Assembly (NCBI GenBank): GCA_902582105.1
Contig: CACHQT010000001.1
Span: forward strand, 10,681-74,680
DNA from: an uncultured Pelagibacteraceae bacterium
GTDB taxonomy: Bacteria > Pseudomonadota > Alphaproteobacteria > Pelagibacterales > Pelagibacteraceae
Direction: 5' to 3'
Length of the DNA stretch: 64,000 nt
The notes beneath the pieces are model-generated. The model was not told the origin of the DNA. It did no database searches and saw only the letters and a list, made by a program, of their open reading frames with translations. How positions within the stretch are numbered: the first letter of the stretch is position 1; every line of letters starts with the position of its first letter. Below, in pieces: positions 19,163 to 30,032 of this stretch. The translations under genes and the position numbers were made by a program.

Positions 19163-19750
19163 TTATTCATTATTGCTGATTTTTGTTGACTGTTTAGCTT
19201 TTTCCTTTTCTCTTTTTTCTCTTTTTATTCTTCTTTCAGCCTTCTCTATTGCTTCAACTAGATCTTTTTGAGTAAACAAGTTCATTGCAACTGGATCTTT
19301 TGCATTCAAATTATTGAAGTTCCAGTAACTTTTGTTTCTTATAGCTACTACAGAATTTTTAGTTATTCCAACTAACTTTGCTATTTGTGAGTCTTTTAAA
19401 ATTCCATGATGCCTTATAAGCCAGAGCGCAGAGTCTGGTTTATCTTGTCTCTTAGAAAGTGGAACATATTTTTTAATTTTTTTGTTTTCAGAAGAAATTT
19501 CAATATCAGTGTTTTGAATTTGTAGTGGTCTATCAGCATCTTGGGAAGAAAGTTGAATTTCTTCTTTAGTTAACTGACCTGCAATAATTGGGTTATAGGC
19601 GATTATGCCTTTTGCAACTTCACCATCTGCGATTCCTTGAATTTCAACTTCATGTAGTTTACAAAATTCAGCAATTTGCCTAAAGGTTAATGTAGTGTTT
19701 TCAACTAGCCAAACAGCAGTTGCCATTGGCATTAATGGTGCGTTTGACAT
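19163..19750 (-). CDS. trcR: DUF1013 family alphaproteobacterial transcription regulator (TrcR-like)
   Basis: PLMPMATAVWLVENTTLTFRQIAEFC...EIQGIADGEV, YVPLSKRQDKPD signatures. Confidence 0.85.
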   Translation of the reverse strand: MSNAPLMPMATAVWLVENTTLTFRQIAEFCKLHEVEIQGIADGEVAKGIIAYNPIIAGQLTKEEIQLSSQDADRPLQIQNTDIEISSENKKIKKYVPLSKRQDKPDSALWLIRHHGILKDSQIAKLVGITKNSVVAIRNKSYWNFNNLNAKDPVAMNLFTQKDLVEAIEKAERRIKREKREKEKAKQSTKISNNE

Positions 19751-19981
19751 TTAGCTTTTCTTTTCTGATCTAAAATTTTGAAATTTTTTGTTAAATTTAC
19801 TTACACGACCTTTATCTAATAATTTTTGTTTGCCCCCGGTCCATGCAGAATGTGATTTAGGGTCAATCTCTAATTTTAAAACTTCTCCCTCAGATCCCCA
19901 TGTTGATCTTGTTTCAAATTGTGTTCCATCAGTCATTTCAACTTTAATCTTATGGTAGTTTGGATGAATGTCTTTTTTCAT
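19751..19981 (-). CDS. rpmE: 50S ribosomal protein L31 (Cys-free)
   Basis: [10 protein letters not shown]...[31 protein letters not shown]. Confidence 0.96.
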   Translation of the reverse strand: MKKDIHPNYHKIKVEMTDGTQFETRSTWGSEGEVLKLEIDPKSHSAWTGGKQKLLDKGRVSKFNKKFQNFRSEKKS

Positions 19982-20016
19982 ATCGAGACTTATAACAAAA
20001 CAATTTAGGAAAACAA

Positions 20017-20760
20017 TTAAAAGTTAGTTAATTTTTCCATCATTTTTTCATTTATTGCGCTACTAGCTGCCGTTATTTTAATAACTTTATTTTGAGAAAT
20101 ATCAATTTCACTCACTATTCCCCCAGCTTCCTTAATTAAAATTATCCCTGCGGCAATGTCCCATAAATTTAGATTTTTTTGAAAATATCCATCGTATCTT
20201 CCTGATGCCACATAAGCTAAGTCCAATGCAGCACTTCCAGATTTTCTAACATTTAAATCAATTTTTTTTTCGCTATCCTTGCCACCAGTAGCAAATAAAC
20301 AACTGTTCAATTCTTTTTTATTTGAGACTCTTATTCTGTGATTATTAAAAAAAGCACCGTTATTTTTTTCTGCATAAAACATTTCATCTTTTATAGGATC
20401 GTAAATTAATCCAGAAACAATTTCATTATTGGTTTTTAAAGCTATGGAAATTGCAAAATGGGGAATTCCATGCAAAAAATTTGTTGTTCCATCGATAGGA
20501 TCAATTATCCAAACGTTATCTTTATCTTGATTAACTTTTGAACCATCTTCTTCGCTTAGTATTGAGAAATTTTTTTTTGCTTTAGATAGCTCTTCTATAA
20601 TTATTTTTTCTGCTTTTGTGTCAGCATTAGAGACAAAGTCTGAAGGTCCTTTTACAGATACTTGCAATTTTTCAAGTTCACCAAAATCTCTAATTAAATT
20701 TCGAGAAGCCTTTTGGCTTGCTTTGATCATTATGTTTAAGTTTGGTGAAATAGAGTTCAT
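20017..20760 (-). CDS. suhB: Inositol monophosphatase family protein
   Basis: [35 protein letters not shown]. Confidence 0.92.
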   Translation of the reverse strand: MNSISPNLNIMIKASQKASRNLIRDFGELEKLQVSVKGPSDFVSNADTKAEKIIIEELSKAKKNFSILSEEDGSKVNQDKDNVWIIDPIDGTTNFLHGIPHFAISIALKTNNEIVSGLIYDPIKDEMFYAEKNNGAFFNNHRIRVSNKKELNSCLFATGGKDSEKKIDLNVRKSGSAALDLAYVASGRYDGYFQKNLNLWDIAAGIILIKEAGGIVSEIDISQNKVIKITAASSAINEKMMEKLTNF

Positions 20761-20765
20761 TATAT

Positions 20766-21326
20766 TTAAATTTTTTTAATATATTCAATTGTCCTAGTAT
20801 CAACTATTATTTCATCTCCACTTTCAACGAAAGGTGGAACTTGGATGTTAACTCCATTGGTAAGAGTCGCAGGTTTATAGGAAGAAGAAACAGTTTGGCC
20901 TTTTAACGCAACATCAGTACTTTCAATTTTACATTTAACTTGGTTAGGAAGTTCAACTGATAAAGGTTTATCGTTATAAAAACTTATATTTACCTCTAAA
21001 TTTTCAGTTAACATTTTGCCTTTCACACCAACTAAATCTTTTTTAATATTGATTTGTTCAAATGATTTTGGATTCATGAAATAGTAGTCTGTTTCGTCTT
21101 CATATAAAAAATTAAATTTTATTTCCTCAAGAGATGCCTTTTCTAATGTATCGCTTGATCTGAATCTTTCATTAAGTTTGGTATTTTTATTTACACTTTT
21201 CATTTCTACTTGTGCGAAAGCACCGCCTTTTCCTGGTTTTACATGTTGCGTTTTGAGAACTAGCCACAGATCATTTTTGTGCTCTAATAGCATTCCTACC
21301 CTAATTTCATTTCCAGATATTTTCAT
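20766..21326 (-). CDS. efp: Elongation factor P
   Basis: HVKPGKGGAF, YKPATL, QVPPFV. Confidence 0.97.
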   Translation of the reverse strand: MKISGNEIRVGMLLEHKNDLWLVLKTQHVKPGKGGAFAQVEMKSVNKNTKLNERFRSSDTLEKASLEEIKFNFLYEDETDYYFMNPKSFEQINIKKDLVGVKGKMLTENLEVNISFYNDKPLSVELPNQVKCKIESTDVALKGQTVSSSYKPATLTNGVNIQVPPFVESGDEIIVDTRTIEYIKKI

Positions 21327-21946
21327 TTTAATTTCTTTATAGCTTCCACAGGTTTATATTTTTTATTATTCCAAATGTAGCCTGAAATAGCTAAAAAGTT
21401 AGCTTTATTCAACAAAAGATTTTTATAATTGGAATGATTTATTCCACCTATAGCAACAATAGGAATATTTGTAATCTTTTTTACTTTTTGTAACAACTTA
21501 ATGTTTGCTTTGAATTTAATTTTTTTTGTTTTTGAAGGATTAAAAGCTCCAATAGCAATATAGCTAGCATTATCTTTAATAGCTTGTCCAACTAGCTTCA
21601 AGGAATTATGGCAAGTAATACCAATAATTTTATTTTTTAATATTTTTTGCGCTTTCAAAATTTTCATATCTTTTTGACCAAGGTGGCATCCATCTGAATT
21701 TAATTTATTTGCTAATATGGGGTCATCATTTACAATAAATTTGACTTTATATTTTTTGCAAATTTTATTTATTTTTTTCCCAATAATTAACTGGTTTTTC
21801 TTTGTTTCTTTTTTAAGTCTTAGTTGAAAAAAGCTGATTTTTTTTGTTCTAAATAAATTTTCTAATTTTAAATAAAAACTAATATTTTTAATTCTATTCG
21901 GTGAGATGAGATAAACAAATTTTTTTTTAATTATCTTGTGTTTCAA
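21323..21946 (-). CDS. thiE: Thiamine-phosphate synthase
   Basis: FQLRLK, IVNDD, GCHLGQKD, GITCHNS, SKTK, VAIGGI. Confidence 0.9.
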   Translation of the reverse strand: MKHKIIKKKFVYLISPNRIKNISFYLKLENLFRTKKISFFQLRLKKETKKNQLIIGKKINKICKKYKVKFIVNDDPILANKLNSDGCHLGQKDMKILKAQKILKNKIIGITCHNSLKLVGQAIKDNASYIAIGAFNPSKTKKIKFKANIKLLQKVKKITNIPIVAIGGINHSNYKNLLLNKANFLAISGYIWNNKKYKPVEAIKKLK

Positions 21947-22943
21947 TATTTTGTGACCATTTTCCCTGGGCCGCTAAAGAACACATATTAGCCCTGTGAT
22001 TAAAAGTAGTTTGAGTACCTTTTATATCTTTAATATTTTTAGACCAAAATTTCAAAGCGCTCTGTTGCAAGGCTCTACCAAATGAATAAGTCATAATAAA
22101 ATTTGTTTGGTTATTGTTATTTATAGAGTTCAAATTTTCTGTTGCTTCCGTTTCTGTTTGTCCACCAGATAAAAAGGCTATTCCTGGAACTTCGGAAGGT
22201 ACAGAGTCTTTTAAACATTTAACAGTCAATTTAGCAATTTCTTCACTTGGGATTTTTTCTTTAGAATTAGCTCCTGGCAAAATCATATTTGGTTTTAATA
22301 TTGTCCCCTTTAAATCAACCTTGTGAATGATTAATTCTTCAAAACATTTTTTAATTACCTCTGAAGTTTTTTTATAACAGTCCTCCGCAGTATGATTACC
22401 ATCCATTAATACTTCTGGTTCTATTATGGGAACCATTCCACTTTCTTGAACCAATGCAGCGTATCTAGCTAAAGCATGTGCATTTGAGATGATTGATAAT
22501 TTACTTGGGTAGTTTTTAGAAATTATGTATACAGCTCTCCATTTTGTAAATCTAGCTCCAAGTTTATAATATTCTTTTAATCTTTCTCTTAAACCATCCA
22601 ATCCTTCAGTAATTTTTTCTTCCCGAGAGTTAGCTAAAACTTTTGCACCTGTATCGACTTTGATACCAGGAACAGCATTTGAGTCTGAAATTAGTTCAGG
22701 AATTTTTTTTCCTGAAGAGCTAGATTGTTTTATAGTTTCATCATAAAGAATTACCCCACCGATACAATTTTTCATACTTTCTGAGCTAAAAAGAGTTTCT
22801 CTAAAAATTAATCTATTTTTAGAACTCGACTCTACATTAACACTATCGAGTCTTTTAGTCATTGTTCCGGTACTTTCGTCTGCAGCCAGAATTCCTTTTC
22901 CATTTCCAATAACTTTTAAAGCTATATTGTTAAGTTCAGACAT
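21927..22943 (-). CDS. fba: Fructose-bisphosphate aldolase class I
   Basis: GKGILAADESTGT, GARFTKWRAV, VPIIEPEV, LKPNM, FLSGGQ, SFGRALQ. Confidence 0.95.
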   Translation of the reverse strand: MSELNNIALKVIGNGKGILAADESTGTMTKRLDSVNVESSSKNRLIFRETLFSSESMKNCIGGVILYDETIKQSSSSGKKIPELISDSNAVPGIKVDTGAKVLANSREEKITEGLDGLRERLKEYYKLGARFTKWRAVYIISKNYPSKLSIISNAHALARYAALVQESGMVPIIEPEVLMDGNHTAEDCYKKTSEVIKKCFEELIIHKVDLKGTILKPNMILPGANSKEKIPSEEIAKLTVKCLKDSVPSEVPGIAFLSGGQTETEATENLNSINNNNQTNFIMTYSFGRALQQSALKFWSKNIKDIKGTQTTFNHRANMCSLAAQGKWSQNIETQDN

Positions 22944-24126
22944 TTTGATTTAATGCTTTTATACCAGGTAAGGTTTTTCCTTCAAGGTATTCTAAAAAGG
23001 CTCCACCAGCAGTTGAAATAAAAGTAAAAGAGTTTGATTTTTTAAATTTATTTATTGCCGCAACTGTCTCCCCACCGCCGGCGACAGAAAAAATTTTATC
23101 ATTTACGGTTTTTATTGAAATAGCTTCTAATATTTTTTTTGTTCCATTTTGAAAATTAGGATTTTCAAAATATCCTGCTGGACCATTCCATAACACTGTT
23201 CTGGATTTATTAATCATTACTTCAATTGATGATATCGTTTTTGGCCCTATATCTAATATCATTTCATTATCTTCTACCTCATCAATATTTTTTTCTATTC
23301 CATGACCATTTAAATTTTTCGAAACCACAACATCAATAGGGGCAATAATTTCACAATTATATTTTTTTGAATTTTTAAAAATTTCTTTAACCAATACACT
23401 ACTATCATTTTCGCATATTGATTTACCTACGTTTTTACCGGTATGTTTTAAAATTGTATTAGCCATTCCTCCGACTATTACAATATTATCAAATTTTTTA
23501 ATTAAATTATTAATAATTTTAAATTTTGTAGAAATTTTTGAACCTCCGATTACAAGAGAGATAGGTTTTTCAATTTTATTAGTTATCTTTTCTAAGGCAT
23601 TAATTTCTTCAGTAATTTGCAAGCCAAAATAAGAAGGAATATAATTTGTAATTGCGTCAATTGATGCATGTGCTCTATGTGAGCAAGAAAAAGCATCATT
23701 TACGTATATATCTCCAAGATTAGACATTTTTTTTGCAAATTTTACATCATTAATTTCTTCTTCTTTATTAAAGCGAATATTTTCTAACATTACTATAGAA
23801 CCATTCGAAATTTTATCTATTTTTAATTTTGTATCTTCATTAATAGGTTCACTATTAAACAAAACCTCTTTCTTTAATAAAAAGGATAATTTTTCTGAAA
23901 TAGGTTTTAATGACATTTCTTTAACAACCTTTCCTTTTGGTCTACCAATGTGGGATAAAATTATAATTTTAGCTTGTTTTTCAGATAAAAATTTAATTGT
24001 TGGTATTATTTTTTCTATTCTAGAAGTTTCAGTTATTGCTCCATTTTCCATCGGAACGTTTAAGTCAACTCTTAATAAAACTTTTTTTCCTTTTAAATCA
24101 AGATCTTTACTTAAACTATTTTTCAT
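22936..24126 (-). CDS. pgk: Phosphoglycerate kinase
   Basis: RVDLNVP, LENIRF, NDAFSCSHRAHAS, WNGP, STAGGAFLEYLEG. Confidence 0.97.
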   Translation of the reverse strand: MKNSLSKDLDLKGKKVLLRVDLNVPMENGAITETSRIEKIIPTIKFLSEKQAKIIILSHIGRPKGKVVKEMSLKPISEKLSFLLKKEVLFNSEPINEDTKLKIDKISNGSIVMLENIRFNKEEEINDVKFAKKMSNLGDIYVNDAFSCSHRAHASIDAITNYIPSYFGLQITEEINALEKITNKIEKPISLVIGGSKISTKFKIINNLIKKFDNIVIVGGMANTILKHTGKNVGKSICENDSSVLVKEIFKNSKKYNCEIIAPIDVVVSKNLNGHGIEKNIDEVEDNEMILDIGPKTISSIEVMINKSRTVLWNGPAGYFENPNFQNGTKKILEAISIKTVNDKIFSVAGGGETVAAINKFKKSNSFTFISTAGGAFLEYLEGKTLPGIKALNQNV

Positions 24127-24133
24127 AAAAAAA

Positions 24134-25138
24134 TTAAATTTTATGAATATATTTTGCTAAATCACACATTCTATTTGAAAAGCCCCATTCATTATCATAC
24201 CAAGCAGAAATTTTTCCCATATTTTTGCCAATTGTATTTGTTAAGCTAGCATCAATAATAGCTGAGTAAGGATTGTGATTGAAATCAACTGATACTAATT
24301 TTTCTTTAGTAACATCCAAAATACCTTTTAACGATTTTTTAGATGCCTCAACAAAACTTTTATTAATTTTTTGGGCTGATAAATCTTTTTTTGTACAAAA
24401 AACTAATTCGATTAAAGAGACATTTGGGGTTGGTACTCTCATCGCTACTCCCTCTAACTTACCTTTTAAAGAGGGTATGATCTCTCCAATTGCTTTTGAT
24501 GCACCTGTAGATGTTGGAACTATTGATTGTGATGCAGATCTTGCTCTTCTTGGATCTTTATGAGAATTATCTAGCAATCTTTGGTCGGCAGTAAAAGCAT
24601 GAATAGTTGTCATAAAACCTTTTTCTATTTGATAATTATTGTTAAGGACATTCGCTACTGGCGCTAGACAATTTGTAGTACAAGATGCTGCTGAAATAAT
24701 TTTATCATTTTTACTAATAGTATTTTGATTTACACCATAAACTATAGTTTTATCAGCATTTTTACATGGTGCTGAAACAATTACTTTTTTTGCACCATTT
24801 TTTAAATGAGGTAGCAACTTTTCTTTAGAGTTAAATTTACCTGTACATTCAAAAACATAATCAACATCATACTTTTTCCAATTAATATTTTCTATTTTTG
24901 TTTCTTGAGAAAATGAGATTTTTTGCTTGCCGATTATAATTTTATTTTTATCAAACTTAATCATAGAATTAAATTTTCCATGTATTGAGTCATGCTTAAG
25001 CAAGTTTGAGCTAACTTCTGAGTTAGTTCTATTATTTATATGTTTTATCTCAAAATTATTTAATTTACCCTCAATAATTGATCTAATGACCATTCTACCA
25101 ATTCTACCAAGACCATTAATACCTATTTTTATTTTCAT
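24134..25138 (-). CDS. gap: Glyceraldehyde-3-phosphate dehydrogenase type I
   Basis: [37 protein letters not shown]. Confidence 0.96.
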   Translation of the reverse strand: MKIKIGINGLGRIGRMVIRSIIEGKLNNFEIKHINNRTNSEVSSNLLKHDSIHGKFNSMIKFDKNKIIIGKQKISFSQETKIENINWKKYDVDYVFECTGKFNSKEKLLPHLKNGAKKVIVSAPCKNADKTIVYGVNQNTISKNDKIISAASCTTNCLAPVANVLNNNYQIEKGFMTTIHAFTADQRLLDNSHKDPRRARSASQSIVPTSTGASKAIGEIIPSLKGKLEGVAMRVPTPNVSLIELVFCTKKDLSAQKINKSFVEASKKSLKGILDVTKEKLVSVDFNHNPYSAIIDASLTNTIGKNMGKISAWYDNEWGFSNRMCDLAKYIHKI

Positions 25139-27138
25139 ATTCTTTCTTTAATTTTTTTAATTATATTTTCAGAATTAAGTTTAAAGTGATCGTAAATATC
25201 CATGTAGGGAGCACTTCTTCCAAAATCATTAATACCAAAATTCATTCCTTTAGATCCTGTATATTTTTTCCAAAATTCAGTTTCAGATGCTTCTATAGAA
25301 ACTAAAAGTTCTGTTTCAGATAAAATTTGTTTTTTGTAAGTTTCATCTTGTTTGTCAAATAATTCTTGACATGGGATTGATATAACTTTTGAATAGATAT
25401 TTTCTGTGGCTAATTTATGGCTAACTTCACATGCCAAACTGGTTTCAGATCCACTGGACAATAAGATTAGTTTAATGTTGTCCCCGGTTCTCATAACTTC
25501 ATATGCTCCTTTAGAGCACTTATTAATTTTGCTATATTCTTTCCTTATAGGGTTTATTTTTTGTCTAGATAATGCAATCACACTTGGTGATTTGTTACTT
25601 TCAAGTGCTAATTGCCAACACTCAAAAGTTTCAATTGTATCTGCAGGTCTAAAAACATTTAAATTGGGTATTGATCTTAAACTGGCTAATTGTTCAATTG
25701 GTTGATGAGTTGGACCATCTTCTCCAAGTCCAATAGAGTCATGAGTAAAAATATAAATCACCCTTTGTTTCATCATTGCAGCTAATCTAATTGATGGCTT
25801 GCAGTAATCACTAAAAATTAAAAATGTTCCACCATAAGGTATTAAACCACTGTGCAAAGACAATCCATTCATAATACCGCACATAGCGTGTTCTCTTACT
25901 CCATAATGAATATAATTTCCTTTAAAAATTCCCGGTTTAATTATTTCATGTTTTTTAGTTTTAGTGTTATTTGAACCAGCCAAATCAGCCGATCCTCCAA
26001 TTAAGTTTGGCAAAGTTGTAATTAATTCTAAAAACATTTCAGATGATTTTCTTGTCGCAATAGGATTCAAGTTTTTTAAATAGCTTTTCATAGCTTTTTC
26101 AATTGATTGATTAATATGATCCCTATGATTTTTGAAACCTGGAGGGTAATTATTATTAAAATGTCTTCCTATTGACCATCCTAACCAACTAAATTTTTTT
26201 ATTTCTTTTTGATATTTAGCTTCATCTTTTTCAGCTTTTGCAGACGCTTTATCACCAATTTTTTTCCATTCTTTTTTGATTCTACTTGGAATTTCGAAGG
26301 GTTTATAATTCCAATTTAGTTTTTTTCTAACTAAATTAACTTCTTCTTCCCCTAGTGGACTTCCGTGAGATGATGCCTTTCCACCTTTGTTTGGAGAACC
26401 ATAACCAATTGTTGTTTTACATGAAATAGCAAAAGGTTTTTTTGCTTTTTGTGCTTTTTTTAGAGCTTTAAATATTTGTTTTTCATCGTGACCATTTATA
26501 TCTACATAGTCCCAACCATAACTTTCAAATCTTTTTTTTGTATTATCAGAGACTGCTAAATTTGTAGGTCCATCAATTGATATTGAATTGTTATCAAATA
26601 ATAAAATAAGATTTTTTAATTTTAGATGACCTGCAAAACTTAATGCTTCATGGCTAATTCCTTCCATTAAACATCCATCTCCAGCTAAAACATAAGTCTT
26701 ATGATTTATAATTTTTGTACCTAATTTATTTTTTAAAATTTCTTCTGCTAAAGCAAAACCAACAGCATTTGCTATGCCTTGACCTAGTGGGCCAGTTGTC
26801 GTTTCAATTCCAGACCCTGCGTGATATTCAGGATGTCCTGCACAAATAGAGTCAAGTTGTCTAAAATTTTTTATATCTTCTATAGAAACACTTTTGTAAC
26901 CTGTTAGGTAAAGCAGAGAGTAAAGCAACATTGATCCGTGTCCAGCAGATAAAACAAATCTATCTCTATTTAACCAATCTGGTTTTTTTGGATTAAATTT
27001 TAAAAAATGTTTAAACAGAACTGTCACTACATCAGCCATTCCCATAGGCATTCCTGGATGACCAGAATTTGCTTTTTGCACAGCATCCATTGATAAAAAC
27101 CTGATACTATTTGCTAATTCTCTATGTTGTTTGCTCAA
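25135..27138 (-). CDS. tkt: Transketolase
   Basis: [43 protein letters not shown]; TTG start. Confidence 0.97.
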   Translation of the reverse strand: MSKQHRELANSIRFLSMDAVQKANSGHPGMPMGMADVVTVLFKHFLKFNPKKPDWLNRDRFVLSAGHGSMLLYSLLYLTGYKSVSIEDIKNFRQLDSICAGHPEYHAGSGIETTTGPLGQGIANAVGFALAEEILKNKLGTKIINHKTYVLAGDGCLMEGISHEALSFAGHLKLKNLILLFDNNSISIDGPTNLAVSDNTKKRFESYGWDYVDINGHDEKQIFKALKKAQKAKKPFAISCKTTIGYGSPNKGGKASSHGSPLGEEEVNLVRKKLNWNYKPFEIPSRIKKEWKKIGDKASAKAEKDEAKYQKEIKKFSWLGWSIGRHFNNNYPPGFKNHRDHINQSIEKAMKSYLKNLNPIATRKSSEMFLELITTLPNLIGGSADLAGSNNTKTKKHEIIKPGIFKGNYIHYGVREHAMCGIMNGLSLHSGLIPYGGTFLIFSDYCKPSIRLAAMMKQRVIYIFTHDSIGLGEDGPTHQPIEQLASLRSIPNLNVFRPADTIETFECWQLALESNKSPSVIALSRQKINPIRKEYSKINKCSKGAYEVMRTGDNIKLILLSSGSETSLACEVSHKLATENIYSKVISIPCQELFDKQDETYKKQILSETELLVSIEASETEFWKKYTGSKGMNFGINDFGRSAPYMDIYDHFKLNSENIIKKIKERI

Positions 27139-27188
27139 AAATTATCCTATCTAGACTAAGAAGATTCTATTTAATAATATGTATATAT

Positions 27189-27512
27189 ATGAAAACTTCT
27201 GACGAAAAAGAAAAAAAACTTAATTTGGCACTTAGCAAACTAAAAAAATTAAATTTTGAAAATCCTGACCTTAAAAATAGTATAGAAAATTTAAGTATTC
27301 AAAAAAATCAATTAGAAATTGAAAAAAAAGAAGTTGAAAACAAGTATAATTTATTAGCTTCGGAACATGAAAATCTTCAACAAAAATTAGACCATATAAA
27401 TACTCAAAAAAAGAATGAACAAAAAAAAGAAATAGAATTTTCAGAAAAAATTGATGAATTAAATCAAGAAACAGATAGTCTGTTAGAAGAAATAGATAAA
27501 TGGCAAATGTAA
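27189..27512 (+). CDS. Coiled-coil protein upstream of zapA (ZauP/ZapB-like position)
   Basis: Heptad-rich K/E/L sequence whose end overlaps the zapA start; start placed at ATG 27189, because the longer ORF overlaps tkt. Confidence 0.65.
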   Translation: MKTSDEKEKKLNLALSKLKKLNFENPDLKNSIENLSIQKNQLEIEKKEVENKYNLLASEHENLQQKLDHINTQKKNEQKKEIEFSEKIDELNQETDSLLEEIDKWQM

Positions 27513-27946
27513 ATATAAAATTTAATGGTAAAGATTTTTTGTTATCTTGCGAAGATGGCCAAGAAGCTCATTTAGAAGAATTATCAGAACAGCTTAATCA
27601 AAAGTTTGAAAATTTAAAAAAAGATCTAGGGAACATTGGTGAAAATAAGCTTTTATTAATTACTTCGATAAAAATTATTGATGAATATTTTGAAACAAAA
27701 AAAAAAATTGAAGAGAAGAAAGTAGAATTTAAGGATCTATCTAGCAAATTTCAAGAGCTTAAATCTTTAGTTTATGAATATAAAAAAAATAAAGAAAATG
27801 AAATTAAACAACTAAATAATCAACAAGATGAACTTAAAAAAGAAATATTAAGAAATAAAGATGATTATGAAAAAATTATAGATGATGCAACAAATCAAAT
27901 TGAAAATTTTTTAGAAAAAGCAAACCAAAAAGACTCAATTCAATAA
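27500..27946 (+). CDS. zapA: Cell division protein ZapA
   Basis: VNIKFNGKDFLLSCEDGQEAHL...GENKLLLI followed by coiled coil; conserved position next to tkt. Confidence 0.85.
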   Translation: MANVNIKFNGKDFLLSCEDGQEAHLEELSEQLNQKFENLKKDLGNIGENKLLLITSIKIIDEYFETKKKIEEKKVEFKDLSSKFQELKSLVYEYKKNKENEIKQLNNQQDELKKEILRNKDDYEKIIDDATNQIENFLEKANQKDSIQ

Positions 27947-27955
27947 ATTAATATT

Positions 27956-28499
27956 GTGTTAAAAAAAAAATTAAGAAAAAAAATTCTTAAGATTAGAAAA
28001 AAAATATATTTAAAAAGTAAAAATATTGATTTTACCAAAATTTTATATTTGATTAAAAAACAAAAAACCCCCCCCAAAAAATATTGGAGGATATTTTCCT
28101 GTAAATAATGAAATTGATGATTTAGAAATTTTAAAAAAACTTGAAAAAAAAAAATATAAAATTTGTTTGCCTGTAGTAAAGAAAAATTTCGATATGGATT
28201 TTTATAATTTTTCTTTCGATGATCCTTTAATAATTAATAAGTATGGTATACCAGAGCCACAGAAGAAAAGCGTTGTTTATCCGGATATAATTTTAATTCC
28301 TATGGTTGGTTTTGATAAAAGTTTAAATAGGCTAGGATATGGTGGAGGGTACTATGATCGAGTAATAGAAAAATTAATGAAAAAAAAAAAAATTTTAAAA
28401 ATTGGCCTAGCTTTTTCTGCTCAGCAAATTAATAATTTACCAATATCAAAATATGACAAGAAGATGGATTATATTGTAACAGAAAAGTATATTTTATAA
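27956..28499 (+). pseudogene. ygfA: 5-formyltetrahydrofolate cyclo-ligase, frameshifted (+1) at an A6-C8-A6 tract (pseudogene, phase-variable allele or sequencing error)
   Basis: GTG 27956 gives MLKKKLRKKILKIRK..., then a stop shortly after the tract. The next frame continues NIGGYFPVNNEID...GIPEP...RLGYGGGYYDR. Confidence 0.8.
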
Positions 28500-29305
28500 T
28501 GAGAATTCTTTTTTTGGGAGACGTAGTTGGAAGCTCGGGATGTAATGCTTTAAAAAAAAATTTGCCAGATATTGTAAATAAAAAAAAAATTGATTTTGTT
28601 ATAGTAAACGGTGAAAACGCTGCTGATCAAGGAGTTGGTATTACAGATAAAATTTGTAATGATATGTTCAATTCTGGAGTAGATGTTATTACTACTGGAA
28701 ATCATGTATGGGACCAAAAGGAAACCTTATCTTTCATCGAAAAAGAAAATAGACTGTTGAGACCTCAAAATTTAGTCAAACCCTCACCAGGAAAAGGTTT
28801 TGAAATATTTAATGCAAAAAATAACTTCAAGATTGGAGTTCTGAATTTAATGGGAAATATTTTTATGAAAAAATGTGATGATGCATTTATTGAAGCTAAC
28901 AATTTTATAAATAAAAATATTTTAAAAGAGACCTACGACTTTTTAATTGTTGATTTTCATGGTGAAATAACAAGTGAAAAAATGGCAATAGGACATTTCT
29001 TTGATGGGAAAGCTACTTTAGTTGTTGGCACTCATACTCACGTACCAACTAACGATGCTAGAATTTTAGAAAATGGTACTGGTTACCAAACTGATGCGGG
29101 AATGTGTGGAGATTATAATTCTGTAATTGGAATGAATAAATCTAATTCACTAAACAAATTTTTAAAAAAAGAAGCAAAAAAACATTTTCCGTCAATTGGC
29201 GAAGCCTCTTTATGTGGCGTTATTGTAGAGGCTAATATTAAAAGTGGCTTAGCAGACAAAATTGAAAACTTTATTTTCGGAGGAGAATTAAAAAATTCTA
29301 ATTAG
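28499..29305 (+). CDS. ymdB: YmdB/TIGR00282 family metallophosphoesterase
   Basis: LFLGDVVG, NGENAA, TTGNHVWD, VDFHGEITSEK, GTHTHVPT. Confidence 0.92.
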   Translation: MRILFLGDVVGSSGCNALKKNLPDIVNKKKIDFVIVNGENAADQGVGITDKICNDMFNSGVDVITTGNHVWDQKETLSFIEKENRLLRPQNLVKPSPGKGFEIFNAKNNFKIGVLNLMGNIFMKKCDDAFIEANNFINKNILKETYDFLIVDFHGEITSEKMAIGHFFDGKATLVVGTHTHVPTNDARILENGTGYQTDAGMCGDYNSVIGMNKSNSLNKFLKKEAKKHFPSIGEASLCGVIVEANIKSGLADKIENFIFGGELKNSN

Positions 29306-29306
29306 T

Positions 29307-30032
29307 ATGGCCGGTCATTCACATTGGGCAGGAATTAAACATAAAAAAGGAAAAGCTGATAAGCAAAGAGCAAATCTTTTTTCAAAATTATCAAAGGAGA
29401 TAACAGTAGCTGCAAAATTGGGTGATAAAAATCCTGATATGAATTCAAGATTGAGATCGGCAATACAAGCTGCAAGATCAGCAAATATGCCAAAAGAAAA
29501 TATTGAAAGAGCAATTGATAAATCTTCAAATTCAGTAAATGAAAATTTCGAAAGTATAAGATACGAGGGTTTTGGTCCTGACAAAGTAGCGGTAATAGTA
29601 GAAAGTTTAACAGATAATAAAAATAGAACAGCCTCAAATATAAGAACTATTTTTCAAAAAAATGGAGGGAGCCTTGGAACCCAAGGATCAGCGTCACATA
29701 ATTTTAAGCAAATGGGTATTATAAAAATTGATAAAAAAGAAATCTCAGAAGAAAAAATTTTAGAAATGGCAATAGACTCAGGTGCCAATGAATATTTTTC
29801 TAAAAAGGACTTTCATGAAATCCACTGTGATAAAAACGAAATTTACAATGTTAAAAAGGATTTAGAAAAAATGATAAAAAACTTTATATCTACAAATATT
29901 TGCTGGTTGCCATTAAATAGCGTAGAAGCTAAAGGTGAGAGATTAAAAATGGTTTTAGAATTTTTAGAAGAGCTTCAAGATGATGATGATGTTCAAAATG
30001 TTTATACAAATTTAATTACAGGGAATAATTAA
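29307..30032 (+). CDS. yebC: YebC/PmpR family protein
   Basis: MAGHSHWAGIKHKK, YEGFGP, LTDNKNRT, DDDDVQNVY. Confidence 0.96.
   Translation: MAGHSHWAGIKHKKGKADKQRANLFSKLSKEITVAAKLGDKNPDMNSRLRSAIQAARSANMPKENIERAIDKSSNSVNENFESIRYEGFGPDKVAVIVESLTDNKNRTASNIRTIFQKNGGSLGTQGSASHNFKQMGIIKIDKKEISEEKILEMAIDSGANEYFSKKDFHEIHCDKNEIYNVKKDLEKMIKNFISTNICWLPLNSVEAKGERLKMVLEFLEELQDDDDVQNVYTNLITGNN

Noticed and set aside
28167-28499. 110-aa ORF as a complete gene
   Set aside because: It is only the C-terminal part of the frameshifted ygfA
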